Below, piece after piece: positions 24,860-35,905 of a DNA stretch of 64,000 bases. Made by a program: the position numbers and the translations under genes. Below the pieces are notes generated by a model. The model was not told the DNA's origin. It made no database searches and saw nothing but the letters and a program-made list of their open reading frames with translations. The first letter of the stretch is position 1. Every line of letters starts with the position of its first letter. The DNA is from Eledone cirrhosa (lineage: Eukaryota), in contig OZ024741.1 of the NCBI GenBank assembly GCA_964016885.1, positions 389,050,001 through 389,114,000 on the forward strand, given 5' to 3'.

Positions 24860-25046
24860 TGTATATTTTTAATTGTTTATCTAAAAACCTTCCATCATAA
24901 TTTTATGCAAGAACATTTTGTTTTGTTCCAAATAATGAGAAAGTTAGTTATTTTGTTAAATCTCTCAAAATTGTTGATTATTTTCAAACTGATTTGAAAA
25001 TTCTAAGCAATGTCTTTCACTATAATTATTGTTGCAAAAGAGTTAA
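24860..25046 (-). mobile_element. MITE family M, reverse-orientation partial copy
   Basis: aaaaccttccatcataatttt...aataatgagaaagttagtta...aaaagagttaa. Confidence 0.65.
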
Positions 25047-25104
25047 TCTGTCTTAGATCCTGGACAGCTCTGTTTCTCTGAATTTAGCTAACCAACTTTA
25101 CAAT

Positions 25105-25500
25105 TGCAGGAGCTGGTGCAGTTTCAGCATTCAGTAATCAGAAGGGAAGTTAGGTGTAAAAACCAAACTCACTAGCTTCAATTCGGTATTTGTGCCAACC
25201 CTTATCTATGGTCCTGAATCTTGGGTAATGACCAAAAGAATATGATCGCAGATACAAGCGGCTGAAATAGGGTTCCTCCGGATGATCTGTGGAGGAATGT
25301 TACTTGATACAGTGCATAGCTCGGAGATCAAAGAATCACTCCAAGTAGTGCTGCTACTTATCCAAATTGAGAGATCACAGCTCTGATATTACAAACATTT
25401 GTTACAAGAATGTCTCATGAAAGAATTGCTGATCAATTAGAGACAGTTGCTTCTGGAAGGAGTGTTTGAGGATTGTTTCCCCATGACCCTATCAGGAATA
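25105..25500 (+). mobile_element. Decayed RTE LINE 3' fragment
   Basis: Translates to FNSVFVPTLIYGPESWVMTKRI*SQIQAAEIGFLR...IERSQL. Confidence 0.8.
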
Positions 25501-25825
25501 AGTGGGTGAAGAACTTTACAATTCATCAAATCTGCTTCCAATAATCTTGTTTTCCACTGTAAACTACTCTTAAGTGTTTGACCTTATCATTTACACTTGT
25601 ACTTTGCTACTTTGACATAGTTTTCTGTTCATATCACTTCAAATCAGATTTTCAAAAGTTAAACCTGGAGTGGGATTAACAACCTCACTAACGTTATTTT
25701 TCAACTGGAGGTTAAGATCTTAGTCTTTTTAAGATTTTACATTCTTTTTCTTTTTAAGATTTTATACTTAGATTTTCTAACAACAATAAAAATATAGCTA
25801 CAAATTCAATAAGGCTTATGGCTTA

Positions 25826-26280
25826 GTCTTCTTTTCATCTTATCCCCTCCTTTTGCACCTTTTCTCTTTATTTTTTTACTCTCTCCTCTTTTTACTCAAT
25901 CTACCTTTCTTTCTCTTCTCTCCTTTCTGTCTCTTTTCTCCTTTTCCTCTCCATTTTCCACTTCCTTTTAAATTTTCTCTTATTTTCCCCCTTTTTTCCA
26001 CTCTCCCCTCTTCTCCCATATCCCATCTAAGTCTTTTCCACCTTTCCCTTCCCCTCTCTCACTCCCCATTATCACACTCTTTTCTTTTTCTCTCCCTCTT
26101 TTGCTGACTATTTCATGCTTCTCTCTTCTCTTCCTGCCTCTCTTTCTCTCCTGTCATTTTATCTTTTTCCTTTACTCAATCTTCTTTTACATTCTTCTCC
26201 CTTAACACCAGCTCTCTTTTTCTGCCCCTCCCTCTCCCCTCTCTTCCCTTTCTCTCCCCTTTCTCTCCCTTCTCCTCCAC
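25826..26280. repeat. Polypyrimidine (C/T) low-complexity tract
   Basis: Composition seen directly. Confidence 0.9.
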
Positions 26281-27199
26281 ACATTCTGCAAGAATATTTA
26301 TTGAAATCATAGATATCAGCTTTTATTAACAATGCTATTGAGGTTTTATAACAGTTGTAACCTGCAAGCTGCAGTCAAGCATTCTCATACTTAATCTGCT
26401 TAATCTTAGTACACAACCATAGTTCTTAAGCAATGGAGCTAAAAATATGTTTATACAGACAGTGTGTGTGTGTGTATGCATGTATGCGTTATATAGAATG
26501 TTTCTTTTTGTAGCTCCGTCTGCTGTCATGCAACATAACTTCTTGCATATTTCTGAAATGTGTACAAGTTGTTATATTGCATTCTATACACTAGCTAATC
26601 AATCTATATCTGACCTTCATGGAAAATCAATAATTCCTATCTATATCAATATTGATGATGAAAACTGAATTTTTCTTCATATCTTTTTCTCCACTTTCTA
26701 TTCCTGCATGTTGACACCTCTGTGTAAGAGAAACACCAAATCAAATTGCTCTGAATTTTAGTTTTTATTTTACTTTATTTTATTTCATCATATGTTTTTA
26801 TTTTTAACACTAACAAAATATATTATCAGTAATTATTTAAAGCCCCGATCTGTTGCTGTTTCAAACGATGTTGAATATAAAAATATTAAACACCATGTTT
26901 TTTTGTGTATTTTTTTTTGTTTTTTTTATTTATTGTTTTTTGTGCATGTGTGTGTACTTGTGTGTTTAGTTTATATGTGAAGATATTGACTTTGTTTTGA
27001 TAAAGACCTAACACTCTTCCACACCAGCAGTTTATTAGCGTGTTACTTTTCACACATACATGCATAATCAGATTTAATTTGATGGCCTAGATAAAGAAAG
27101 ATATTTAGATGAGGAAGAGTATTAATTTAATCATTTATATCCTAAGTTTTACCAAACTTTTGTTCAAAATTTAATTGTTTTGAGAATCGTCAACAAGAA

Positions 27200-28205
27200 G
27201 TATCAGCAGCAGCATTTGATGTCCATTTTTTCACACTAGCATGGGTTAGACGAGCTGTCCTGTTGTGAGACAAGTCAGAATAGGTGATCATGTCTTACTC
27301 ATACAGAACTGTTTCTGGCTTGGTTTCTATGGCTGGATACGCTTTGTAATGCCAACCACATTTACAGTGTGTACTGGGTGCTTTTTATCATGGCACCAAA
27401 ATGACCAACTGACAAGTTGGACTGGGTGCTTTTTGTTGAGTCAAGAACATGACCACTTTGCAGGGTGAAAAGGGGGCTTTTATTGTGTCACCAGCATGAC
27501 CAGTTTACAGAGTGAACTAAGAGCTTTTAGCCATTTCAGCAGTATTGTAGGAGAGTGTGTCCAGCTTTCCATGCTTGTATGCATGGGTTTGATAAGAGAA
27601 GTATATCAGATGTGGAAGGTGAGGAGTTGGGGAGGATGTGGTACATGTATGCAGGATGGGGATTGGAGAGGTAGGTCTAAGGTAGAGTACTTAAGTGATA
27701 AAGAAGGGTTGTTAAGACTTAGGAGAGAGGAGAATATTTGATGCATACTAATGTCCTCTAAATGTCTACTTCATCCTGTACACATGAGAAGGCAGGTCTT
27801 CTGCTGTACTGCATATTACCAAAGATCTCAATCTTGTGTTACTGCTTTTGAAAGGTTTAATTGTGCAAGGTCAGCTTTTATCACTTCATCCTATACTTTC
27901 CTAGGTTTTCCTCTTCTATAGTTTCCTTCAACTTCGAGTGCCCTGCATCATTTTATACAGCTGTCATCCTCAATATACATCACATGTCCATACCACCAGA
28001 ATCTCCTCGCCTGCACACTGCATCTTTGATGCTCAGTTGCTCTCTCAGTTCATTTACACATTACTATTTATGATATTGCTATTACACATCCATCAGAGCA
28101 TGCAAGCTTCATTTCTTTACAATCTTCATAGGTCCTCAGCAAACAACACTCAGGTCTCACTTTCAAGCAGCATTGCTGTTTGTGCACACGCATCATACAA
28201 TCCAC
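27200..28205 (-). mobile_element. Older RTE LINE 3' portion, related to the PHD-RTE lineage
   Basis: Decayed match to the ORF2 C-terminus (LYDACAQTAML, NEACML, LRWYGHVM-like) and the 3'UTR. Confidence 0.8.
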
Positions 28206-28474
28206 TATTGAGGTAGAAAAATAAATTATTTTCAATTAAGGTGAGAGCTGGATTCTTTGAAATTTACAGCTCACACCTATGTAGGTTCAACTGGCCTCCT
28301 ATGAGGTTGCATCTCATAGGCGGTTTCTTGAGTGTTTTAATGGGGAATCCAGTCATATTATGAAAAGCAATGTGAAATGAAGCATCTTGCTGAATACACA
28401 ACTTTATCAAGGAACCAAACCCATGTCATTATGATTGTAAGTCCAATGCCCTAGCCACTAAACAACTTTAACCT

Positions 28475-28618
28475 TGGTGGCAGTATCGGTAGAGGGTCAG
28501 AGGCGTGCTTTGAGTTATGGTCCTTTACGGTCTGAGTTCAAATCCCGCTGAGGTTACCTTTGCCTTTCATCCTTACAGGGTAATTGCTGGCCTTGTGCCA
28601 AAAATAGAAACAATTATT
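28475..28618 (+). mobile_element. Family 1 SINE with internal deletion
   Basis: tggcagtatcggtagag...gagttcaaatccc...gccaaaaatagaaacaattat. Confidence 0.85.
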
Positions 28619-28620
28619 AA

Positions 28621-29267
28621 CCTTTAACATGCCATTAGCGATTTCAGGCACAGGGGAGTAATCTCCCCCTGTAGCTGCAGGCATATTTTCTCGCCTTGGA
28701 AACTCTTTGTCAAAAAATACTATGTCAAAGGTTATTTCTAGTATTTTAAACAGGTAACAGCATATTTTCAAATCAGGACAAGGCTAAACTTTCGTTTTCC
28801 AATGCCATTTTTAATTTTTCTTCATTCAACATGTGTGTAAACAGTTGTAGACGAAGGAGAAATTTCTTTGGAATTTTGAAAATGGTGCCTACTATGAAAG
28901 AAAATTTTGTGGGCGACATCTTTATGGATTTTGATTCAGATGATGAATTTTTAAGATTTATGCAAGTCGATATTAATGGTGAAGTAGTAGAATATGATAG
29001 TGATACAATATACTGAGTGGGTACACTAATCCTTGCGATTTTTGTTTTTGTGTGTTTTATTTGTTTTTCAATGTTAAAAGATATATGCAGAACATAATAC
29101 ATTGCTCATGCATCTCGTTAATAGCATAGAAAAAAATCAAGTCTGTATAGAAAATACAAAGAAAGTTATAATAATTTAAAAACAGAGTGTGCTTATATTT
29201 GTTGCTACCCCAAAAGTAATGCAGTGTCAGGGGAAACAATTCAAAACAATTACTAGCACACTAAAGG
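28621..29267 (+). mobile_element. piggyBac-like non-autonomous DNA transposon
   Basis: TTAA at 28617-28620 and 29268-29271; imperfect TIR cctttaacatgcca / tagcacactaaagg; internal acidic peptide DIFMDFDSDDEF. Confidence 0.55.
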
Positions 29268-30134
29268 TTAAAGGGATATATTTTTAATAGTTTTTTTTTT
29301 TTTTTTTTCGTAATTAATAAATATTTGGAAACAATTTTCCAAAATATCTGCATCATCCTTTATCCATTTTCTCCATGGGTGGCAACCCAGTTGTCCTCAT
29401 ATATTTCACATACTTTCAAAAAGGATATTACGTCCTTAAACCCCAGCCTTAATTTGTGCTGAGTGCACTTTCTGCATTACAAGCTCACCATCTGCTTTGT
29501 GATCTTCTGATTATTCATTCATACAAGGTGTCCAGTCCAACATAAACAGTGCCTCAATATATAATTTTCTATGAAATCTCACTATTTTGATAGAATGTTC
29601 AAGAATGTTTAGGTTGATATGCCATCTGATGAATGTTGTCCTAGTGAGAAATTAGGTAGTGTAAGAGTAGTTATAATGATGTGCGAGTGTGTGTGTGAAG
29701 AACTAGAAATGTAACTGTTAGGTTAAAGTGCTAGATTGTTAATCACAAGGTTATGAGTTCAAAGTTTACAACAGTTGATTTGTCCATTTGCTTCAGTTAA
29801 CCTGACTGATAGCTAGTTTCACCTCTACTTTGCAGTTAAAAAATAGTTTTAGAGGTAGAAAGAGCATTCAGCTGTTGAAAACCCATTCATGGATGGAAAG
29901 TAATAAAAATAAAGTGCTATGCATTAAGTAATTTGAGAATATTTATCATATTACAATAACAAACTTACTGTATAATCATTTATTCTGCATATACTATCAT
30001 TTAACACTTTTGATATGAAACCACACTTGGTTCTATGATACAGAATTGTTTGTTTTAAAGTGTTTATATTTATCAAAAAAATCTCCATCGTAATTTCAAG
30101 TAATAAATTAAGGAGAAAGTTAGTTATTTTATTG

Positions 30135-30300
30135 ATTCTCTCTTCAAGTGTCCTAGGTTCTCAGACTGCCATTTTCCTTTGCAAAATCAGAAAAATGGCA
30201 GCCCACTTAAGGAATGAGGTGGATTGGGTGTTGCAGCAGGTGTCACTGGCCATTCTCTATGGCAATACCTTAGCCATTTTGTCCACAGGACACAGCTAAG
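30135..30300 (+). mobile_element. Remnant C-terminus of an RLE-type (CRE-like) non-LTR ORF
   Basis: SSVLGSQ...VLQQVSLAILYGNTLAIL resembles the ET.G.LG...QRLS.A.QRGNA..I terminus; related copy at 35735-35905 (-). Confidence 0.45.
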
Positions 30301-30933
30301 AGATACTGTTCAGACTGGGGTGTACAGTATGTTGCTCCCTGACCCTCTTCCCTTCATTTCATTGTTTAATTTCTTCTTTTATTATTTCTTTTTCTATTTT
30401 CTATTTTGCATATTGCCCAACATGTGCTAATATGGAAAATTTTTAGCAATAATAACGAGTAAATGGATGCACACATACACATAAGCACTTGAGTATGCTC
30501 CATGACTAGACATGTTGGAGAACCACCTTGTCCTATGTTCCATATTTTGGCAGGGTTTTTTTTATGGTATCATGTCCTTCTTAATGCCAGTCACTTTACA
30601 GAGAGAACTGTGTGCATTTTACCATGGCAACATTTTATCATGTACTCAGTAAGACTGAAGAGTCCTTTCTATCCTATATTGTTTCTATCTAGTCACCAAC
30701 CACTTTACAGAGTGTAGTGGGTGCATTTTATCATGACACTAACACTAGAAGGTTGCCAGGTCCTCAACAGGCCAAAGGATCTTCTCTATCCTACATTATA
30801 TTAGTTTGTAAATCACTACTTTTATAGGAGGTATTGAGTGCATTCTATCATCACATTAATACTAAAGAGGTTGTCTCATCCACAACAAGCTAAAAGGGAT
30901 CTCCCTATTCCTTGTAGTTTCGAATCTTTGACT

Positions 30934-33423
30934 CATCATCATCATCATCATCATCATCACCGTTTTACGTCCGTTCTTCCACGCTAGCATGGGTTAGACG
31001 GGTTGTCCTGTTGTGGGCAGTGTCTGGTCGGCTGACCATGCCTTGCTCATACAGGAACTGATCTGGCTTGATTTCTACAGCTGGATGCCCTTCCTAACAC
31101 CAACCTCATTTACAGTGAGTGCTGGGTGCTTTTTCGTGGCGCCTACACGTCCACTTTACAGTGTGGGCTGGGTGCTTTTTTGCCGTGGCACCTCCACGAC
31201 CACCTTGCGGTGGGGGGGGGGCATATTGTTTATATGCTTCAGCATGTACCCATGGGAGGTCGGGTACCCTGTATTACTGCGTGACGCCAGAAGTCACGGT
31301 CGTGTGTCATTGACTTTGAGAGGTGTAGTTGGGTAAGGTCGGCTCTTATCACCTCATCCCAAGTCATCTTGGGTCTCCCCACTCCGCGGTTTCCATCAAC
31401 TTCTAGTGCTCTGCACCTTTTTATGCAGCTGTCATCCTTCATACGCATCACATGTCCATACCAGCGTAACCGCCTCTCCTGCACGCAGCATTTGATTCCT
31501 CTTATGCTCAGTCTCTCTCTCAATTCATTTATGCTTTGTCGTTCACGTATATTACTGTTACACATCCATCGGAGCATGCAGGCTTCGTTTCTCTCTAATC
31601 TACGTAAGTCTTCCACCTTCAGCGCCCAGGTCTCACTACCATGCAACATCGCTGTTCGGATACACGCATCATACAGTCTGCCTTTCATTCTGAGGGAGAA
31701 GCCTTTTGCAGCTAGCAGTGGTAGTAGTTCCCTAAACTTCTTCCATCCCGTTCTTACCCTAGTTATTGTACTTTCTGAGCACCCACCTCCGTTGCTAATT
31801 CGGTCACCTAGGTAGCAGAAGCTGTCTACTGTTTCTACAGGGCCCTCCCAGAGATTGGTGGTACTTGTTTCCTGTGGCTGTTTGCTTGCTGTTTCAGCAC
31901 AGCTGCTGCATGTGAATCCTACATTCTTAATTAAGCTTCCTGAGATCCCGCTACATCTCTTGTGTACCCATTGTTTGCATTTGGGGCAAAGAATGGAGTT
32001 CCTACCTACACCTTTCCTACATACTGAGCAAGGCCATTTCCCTGAGGGGATCTGGGTTCTGTTTTCTCGTCTACTTATAAGGACCTTAGTCTTTGTCATG
32101 TTGACTTTGAGGCCCTTTCTCTCTAGTCCCTGCTTCCAGGTTTGGAATTTATTCTCTAGTTCTACCATAGATTCAGCTATGAGTGCGAGGTCATCAGCAT
32201 ACAGGAGTTCCCATGGGCATCCGGTCTTAAACTCCTCCGTTATTGCCTGCAGGACTATGATGAACAGGAGAGGGCTAAGAACAGAGCCCTGGTGGACCCC
32301 AACCTGTACGCTAAATTCCTCGCTATACTCATTGCCAATCCTAACTTTGCTGACTGCTCCCCTATACATGGCTTGTACCGCTTTCACAAGCCATTCATCT
32401 ACTCCTAGTTTTCTAAGAGCCCACCAGATTACTGCACGTGGAACTCTGTCAAAGGCTTTCTCAAGGTCGACAAATGCCAAGTAGAGTGGCTTACTTTTAG
32501 CTAGGTACTTTTCCTGTAATTGCCTCACAAGGAAGAGCGCATCAGTGGTGCCTTTCCCTGGAACAAACCCAAATTGCATCTCGTCTATATTCACCCGGTC
32601 CCTAATCAGCTGTGCTATAACTCTTTCTGTTACTTTCATGACCTGGTCCATCAACTTTATACCTCTATAGTTTCCTCTATCTAGTGCATCGCCTTTACCT
32701 TTGTAGCAGTTGACAATGATGCTACTGCACCAATCTTTTGGTATGGCCCCCTCTAGTATTACCTGGTTAACGATACGTGTGGTTATAGTGTGACCTACAG
32801 ACCCAGATGCCTTCAGCATCTCGGCAGCTATACCCGATGGACCGGTTGCCTTCCCTATCTTCATATCTCTGATTGCCTTACTTACTACGCTGCCGCTGAC
32901 TTGTACTGCTGGTCCCTCTATAGGGTCTACGTGGGGTAGGGTCTCTTCTTCCCATGCATTCTCCTCATTTAGTAATCTATCATAATGACTCTTCCATGCA
33001 TCTTTCTTCTCAGCACTTGTGAGGGCAAGCTCACCTTTATCATTCCGGATACACTTCTCTCCAATGACATCACAACTATCTCTGACACACTGCCTCGCAA
33101 TCTTGAATACCTCCTGTTTCTGGTCCTCACGTTGTAAAACATGCTTGAATTTTCTATCCTCTGCTTCCCTCCTAGCTAAGTATACTTGTCGCCTAGCTTC
33201 CCTCTTGGTCTCTATGTAATGTACCCTGCTCCCCCCGTTCTTCCATTCTTTCCATGCCTGTCTCTTGGCCTTGACTGCTTCATCTACCTTATTGTTCCAC
33301 CACCAAGTCACTCTCCTCCTGCTTGAGGTCTTACTCCAGCCACAAACCTCATCCGTCGCCTCTAGTAAGTTATTTTTTAGGAACTCCCAGTTCTCTTCTA
33401 CGTTAAATGTCTCTATCTGTTCT
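30934..33423 (-). mobile_element. Young 5'-truncated RTE-clade LINE (PHD-RTE subfamily A) with (GAT)n tail and 9-bp TSD
   Basis: Uninterrupted ORF; (CAT)n at 30934-30960; tctttgact at 30925-30933 and 33424-33432. Confidence 0.95.
31239..33311 (-). CDS. RTE LINE ORF2 (endonuclease lost by truncation): reverse transcriptase with internal PHD-finger-like insertion
   Basis: NYRGIKL, QFGF, FVDLEKAFD, GVHQGSVLSPLLF, YADD, KTK, YLG, LRWYGHVMR; the frame stays open upstream to the truncation point, so the listed start is not a true start. Confidence 0.93.
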   Translation of the reverse strand: MTWWWNNKVDEAVKAKRQAWKEWKNGGSRVHYIETKREARRQVYLARREAEDRKFKHVLQREDQKQEVFKIARQCVRDSCDVIGEKCIRNDKGELALTSAEKKDAWKSHYDRLLNEENAWEEETLPHVDPIEGPAVQVSGSVVSKAIRDMKIGKATGPSGIAAEMLKASGSVGHTITTRIVNQVILEGAIPKDWCSSIIVNCYKGKGDALDRGNYRGIKLMDQVMKVTERVIAQLIRDRVNIDEMQFGFVPGKGTTDALFLVRQLQEKYLAKSKPLYLAFVDLEKAFDRVPRAVIWWALRKLGVDEWLVKAVQAMYRGAVSKVRIGNEYSEEFSVQVGVHQGSVLSPLLFIIVLQAITEEFKTGCPWELLYADDLALIAESMVELENKFQTWKQGLERKGLKVNMTKTKVLISRRENRTQIPSGKWPCSVCRKGVGRNSILCPKCKQWVHKRCSGISGSLIKNVGFTCSSCAETASKQPQETSTTNLWEGPVETVDSFCYLGDRISNGGGCSESTITRVRTGWKKFRELLPLLAAKGFSLRMKGRLYDACIRTAMLHGSETWALKVEDLRRLERNEACMLRWMCNSNIRERQSINELRERLSIRGIKCCVQERRLRWYGHVMRMKDDSCIKRCRALEVDGNRGVGRPKMTWDEVIRADLTQLHLSKSMTHDRDFWRHAVIQGTRPPMGTC

Positions 33424-34414
33424 TCTTTGACTACATTTACTTTTAATGTTGCAATGTTCTTCTTTGACTACATTTACTTTTAATGTTGCAATGTTTATAC
33501 TAATATGTGGGTCTTTTCTAGTATAGCAAGTTGCCAGTCAACGTGATCTTGTCTCATTCCCTTCATAAATAGTAAGGAAAAAAACTCCTTAGAGCTTGCT
33601 CAAGTTTTCAATTTTGTTATTTTCCTCCCCTGAGATTTGAAGTGTCAAATGTTAGGGTTATGGGAGAGGAAACAATATGACTGGTAAGCAGTTAGTAAAT
33701 ATTTAATAGCAGAATTCTGTATATGGAAGAAATTAGACAGTTCATGATGACATGAAAGTTGTTGATAGTTTTAGCCCCAGGTCAACACTGATGAAGTAGT
33801 TCTGTGTTCAAAAATGTTCTAGCTGTGACCATCTATCTTTTTGTATATTAAAACTACATTATCCTTGTGTCTTTCTTGTTTTTAAGATGGTAAGGTGTAA
33901 ATTGATAGATTTAACTATTTCCAGTAGCTGCTTCTTAAGCCTGTTGTTATTTACTCTTCAGATCAGCTCTGATTAGTAAAATCATAAACATTCCATCTTT
34001 TCCCAAGGTCCTTGTTTAAAATAGTAGGCTGTGATCTGAATGAGATTTGACTATTCTTCCTAGCATGTCAAGCAACTGTATTGTAGCTCTTTCATTAGGT
34101 TTTTTGTGTATGTTATGAAAGTGTTTATTAATGCTGTGATTGTTGTCTTTTATAAAGTAATAATTGCAGATATGAAGCTAGCAGTCCATTCTGTTGTACA
34201 TATATTGTTGATAGGGAGGTAACTGTCCATCATGGTGCACATGCTGCAGTTCTTTAGAACATTGGATTCTCTATTATGTCCCATAACTCCTGATGGAGTC
34301 ATAGGGGTGCTGTAATGGCATATGCCATTTTTTGGACATTTTAAGCCTGACTCATGTGAATACAGCAGATTTTACCCAGGGAAGGATAAAGTGAGAAAAA
34401 GATGTTGAGGAAGA

Positions 34415-34572
34415 ATCGACCCCAATACTTCTGGTACTTTTTTTATTGACCTCAAATGGATGAAAGGCAAAGTTGACCTTGGCAGAATTTGAACTCAGAG
34501 AGCAGAAAGCTGGAACAAATATTACAAAGCACTTTATCTAACATTCTAACGACTCTGCCAATTCACTGCCAG
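34415..34572 (-). mobile_element. Older SINE related to family 1
   Basis: ggatgaaaggcaaagttgaccttggcagaatttgaactcag...tctgccaattcactgcc. Confidence 0.75.
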
Positions 34573-34825
34573 AACATTGGATAGTATTCCTTAGAATTCA
34601 GTGGGAAAAACTTGGTAGTCATATTCAGTAACATGAGTGATAGGTTGATTCTTTGCTGTGTTCTATTTCTTATAATTATAATTTCAGTGATAACTGGTTC
34701 TAAAATAGATCCTCTTGTCAAAGGTATCCTCAAAATGATGTTTTATTCATAAATTTGGTGACAGCTAACTGGTCATGAATTTTTTAAATATTTAATGATT
34801 ATCAGTGGAGGTGGCTGAAACTGTA

Positions 34826-35053
34826 AATCCCTTCTTTAGCATATTTCTAGTGATTGCCTAAGTTTTTGAAAAAAAAAAAATAATAATCAAGATTTTGGAA
34901 GGATTTAGTAATATAACTAACTTTCTCATTACTAAACTGGTGTTTGGAACAGAGCTTAACAAAATTACTTACATAGAATTATGATGGAATGTTTTTAAAT
35001 GCTTTGAAATACACAATTTTGTATAATAGAACCAAGGGTATTAAAAGGGTTTT
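34826..35053. mobile_element. MITE family M copy
   Basis: tttggaaggatttagtaatataactaactttctcatt...tattaaaagggtt. Confidence 0.7.
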
Positions 35054-35734
35054 TAAATTGTCACTGTCATTTCAGCACTCTATTCTGAGTCCAAATCCTG
35101 CAAAAGGTTTGATGTTTGTTAGTCTTTCTGGGCAAATAAAACCAGAACCAGTAATATACTGCACTATATCTTGAAACTGATTTACTCACCATTTATGCAA
35201 AGATATTGAATAAGTCAGTATTGCACACATTATCTACAATGCAAAGATATTGCACTAATTAATTACTGAGTAGGGATATTGCACTAATTAACTGCAGTAC
35301 AGAGATATTTCAATAATTATACAATTATCTAATTTTTACTACGTATTTTGTTATTTCTTTTTTTCTTTTTTTTTTTGTAATGTAGATTTGAATAATTCAT
35401 TTGTCTTTAATCCTTTGAGAATAACTAAAACAAAACAAGACAAACTAGTGTTAGTAGATTACTAATTCAAAGAAATATAACATAAAATATTAATATTTTA
35501 GTCATTCACTAATGCATCTCTTTTCTCTATCTTTCAAATTCATTTAATTTTATGTATTTTTCTTCCTCATCTGGGTTCAGCTTGCCATTTTTTTTTTTTT
35601 TGTTCAAGAATTTAATTATTTTGATGGTTATATATTTTAATAACACAATTAAAAGCCCTCCACCCACCTCCTAAAAAGGAATAAATGGTGGGAGAGGGAA
35701 ACTTTACACCTTGACTAGGGAGTATATATTAGCT

Positions 35735-35905
35735 ATGCTCAACGTATAAGATGGTGAAAGAGTTGCCATAGAAAATGGCCAGCAATGCCTACTGCACAAG
35801 CTCTTCCATCTTATGGACTCCTTCCTCAGGCATGATTTCATCATCTTGATTTGGTTGAGGAAAACAGGACCAAGAATACTGGAAGTTTCAAAGGCAATTG
35901 GCACA
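35735..35905 (-). mobile_element. Remnant C-terminus of an RLE-type (CRE-like) non-LTR ORF
   Basis: PIAFETSSILGP... then, after a frameshift, LAIFYGNSFTIL. Confidence 0.45.

Noticed and set aside
17400-27200. Host protein-coding exons in the AT-rich stretch
   Set aside because: Short ORFs are low-complexity and lack recognisable motifs. Small exons cannot be excluded without transcript data.
31369-32484. Plus-strand ORFs opposite the RTE RT (also 3178-3951, and minus-strand ORFs within 46032-48379)
   Set aside because: Antisense shadows of genuine retroelement ORFs with no recognisable domains.
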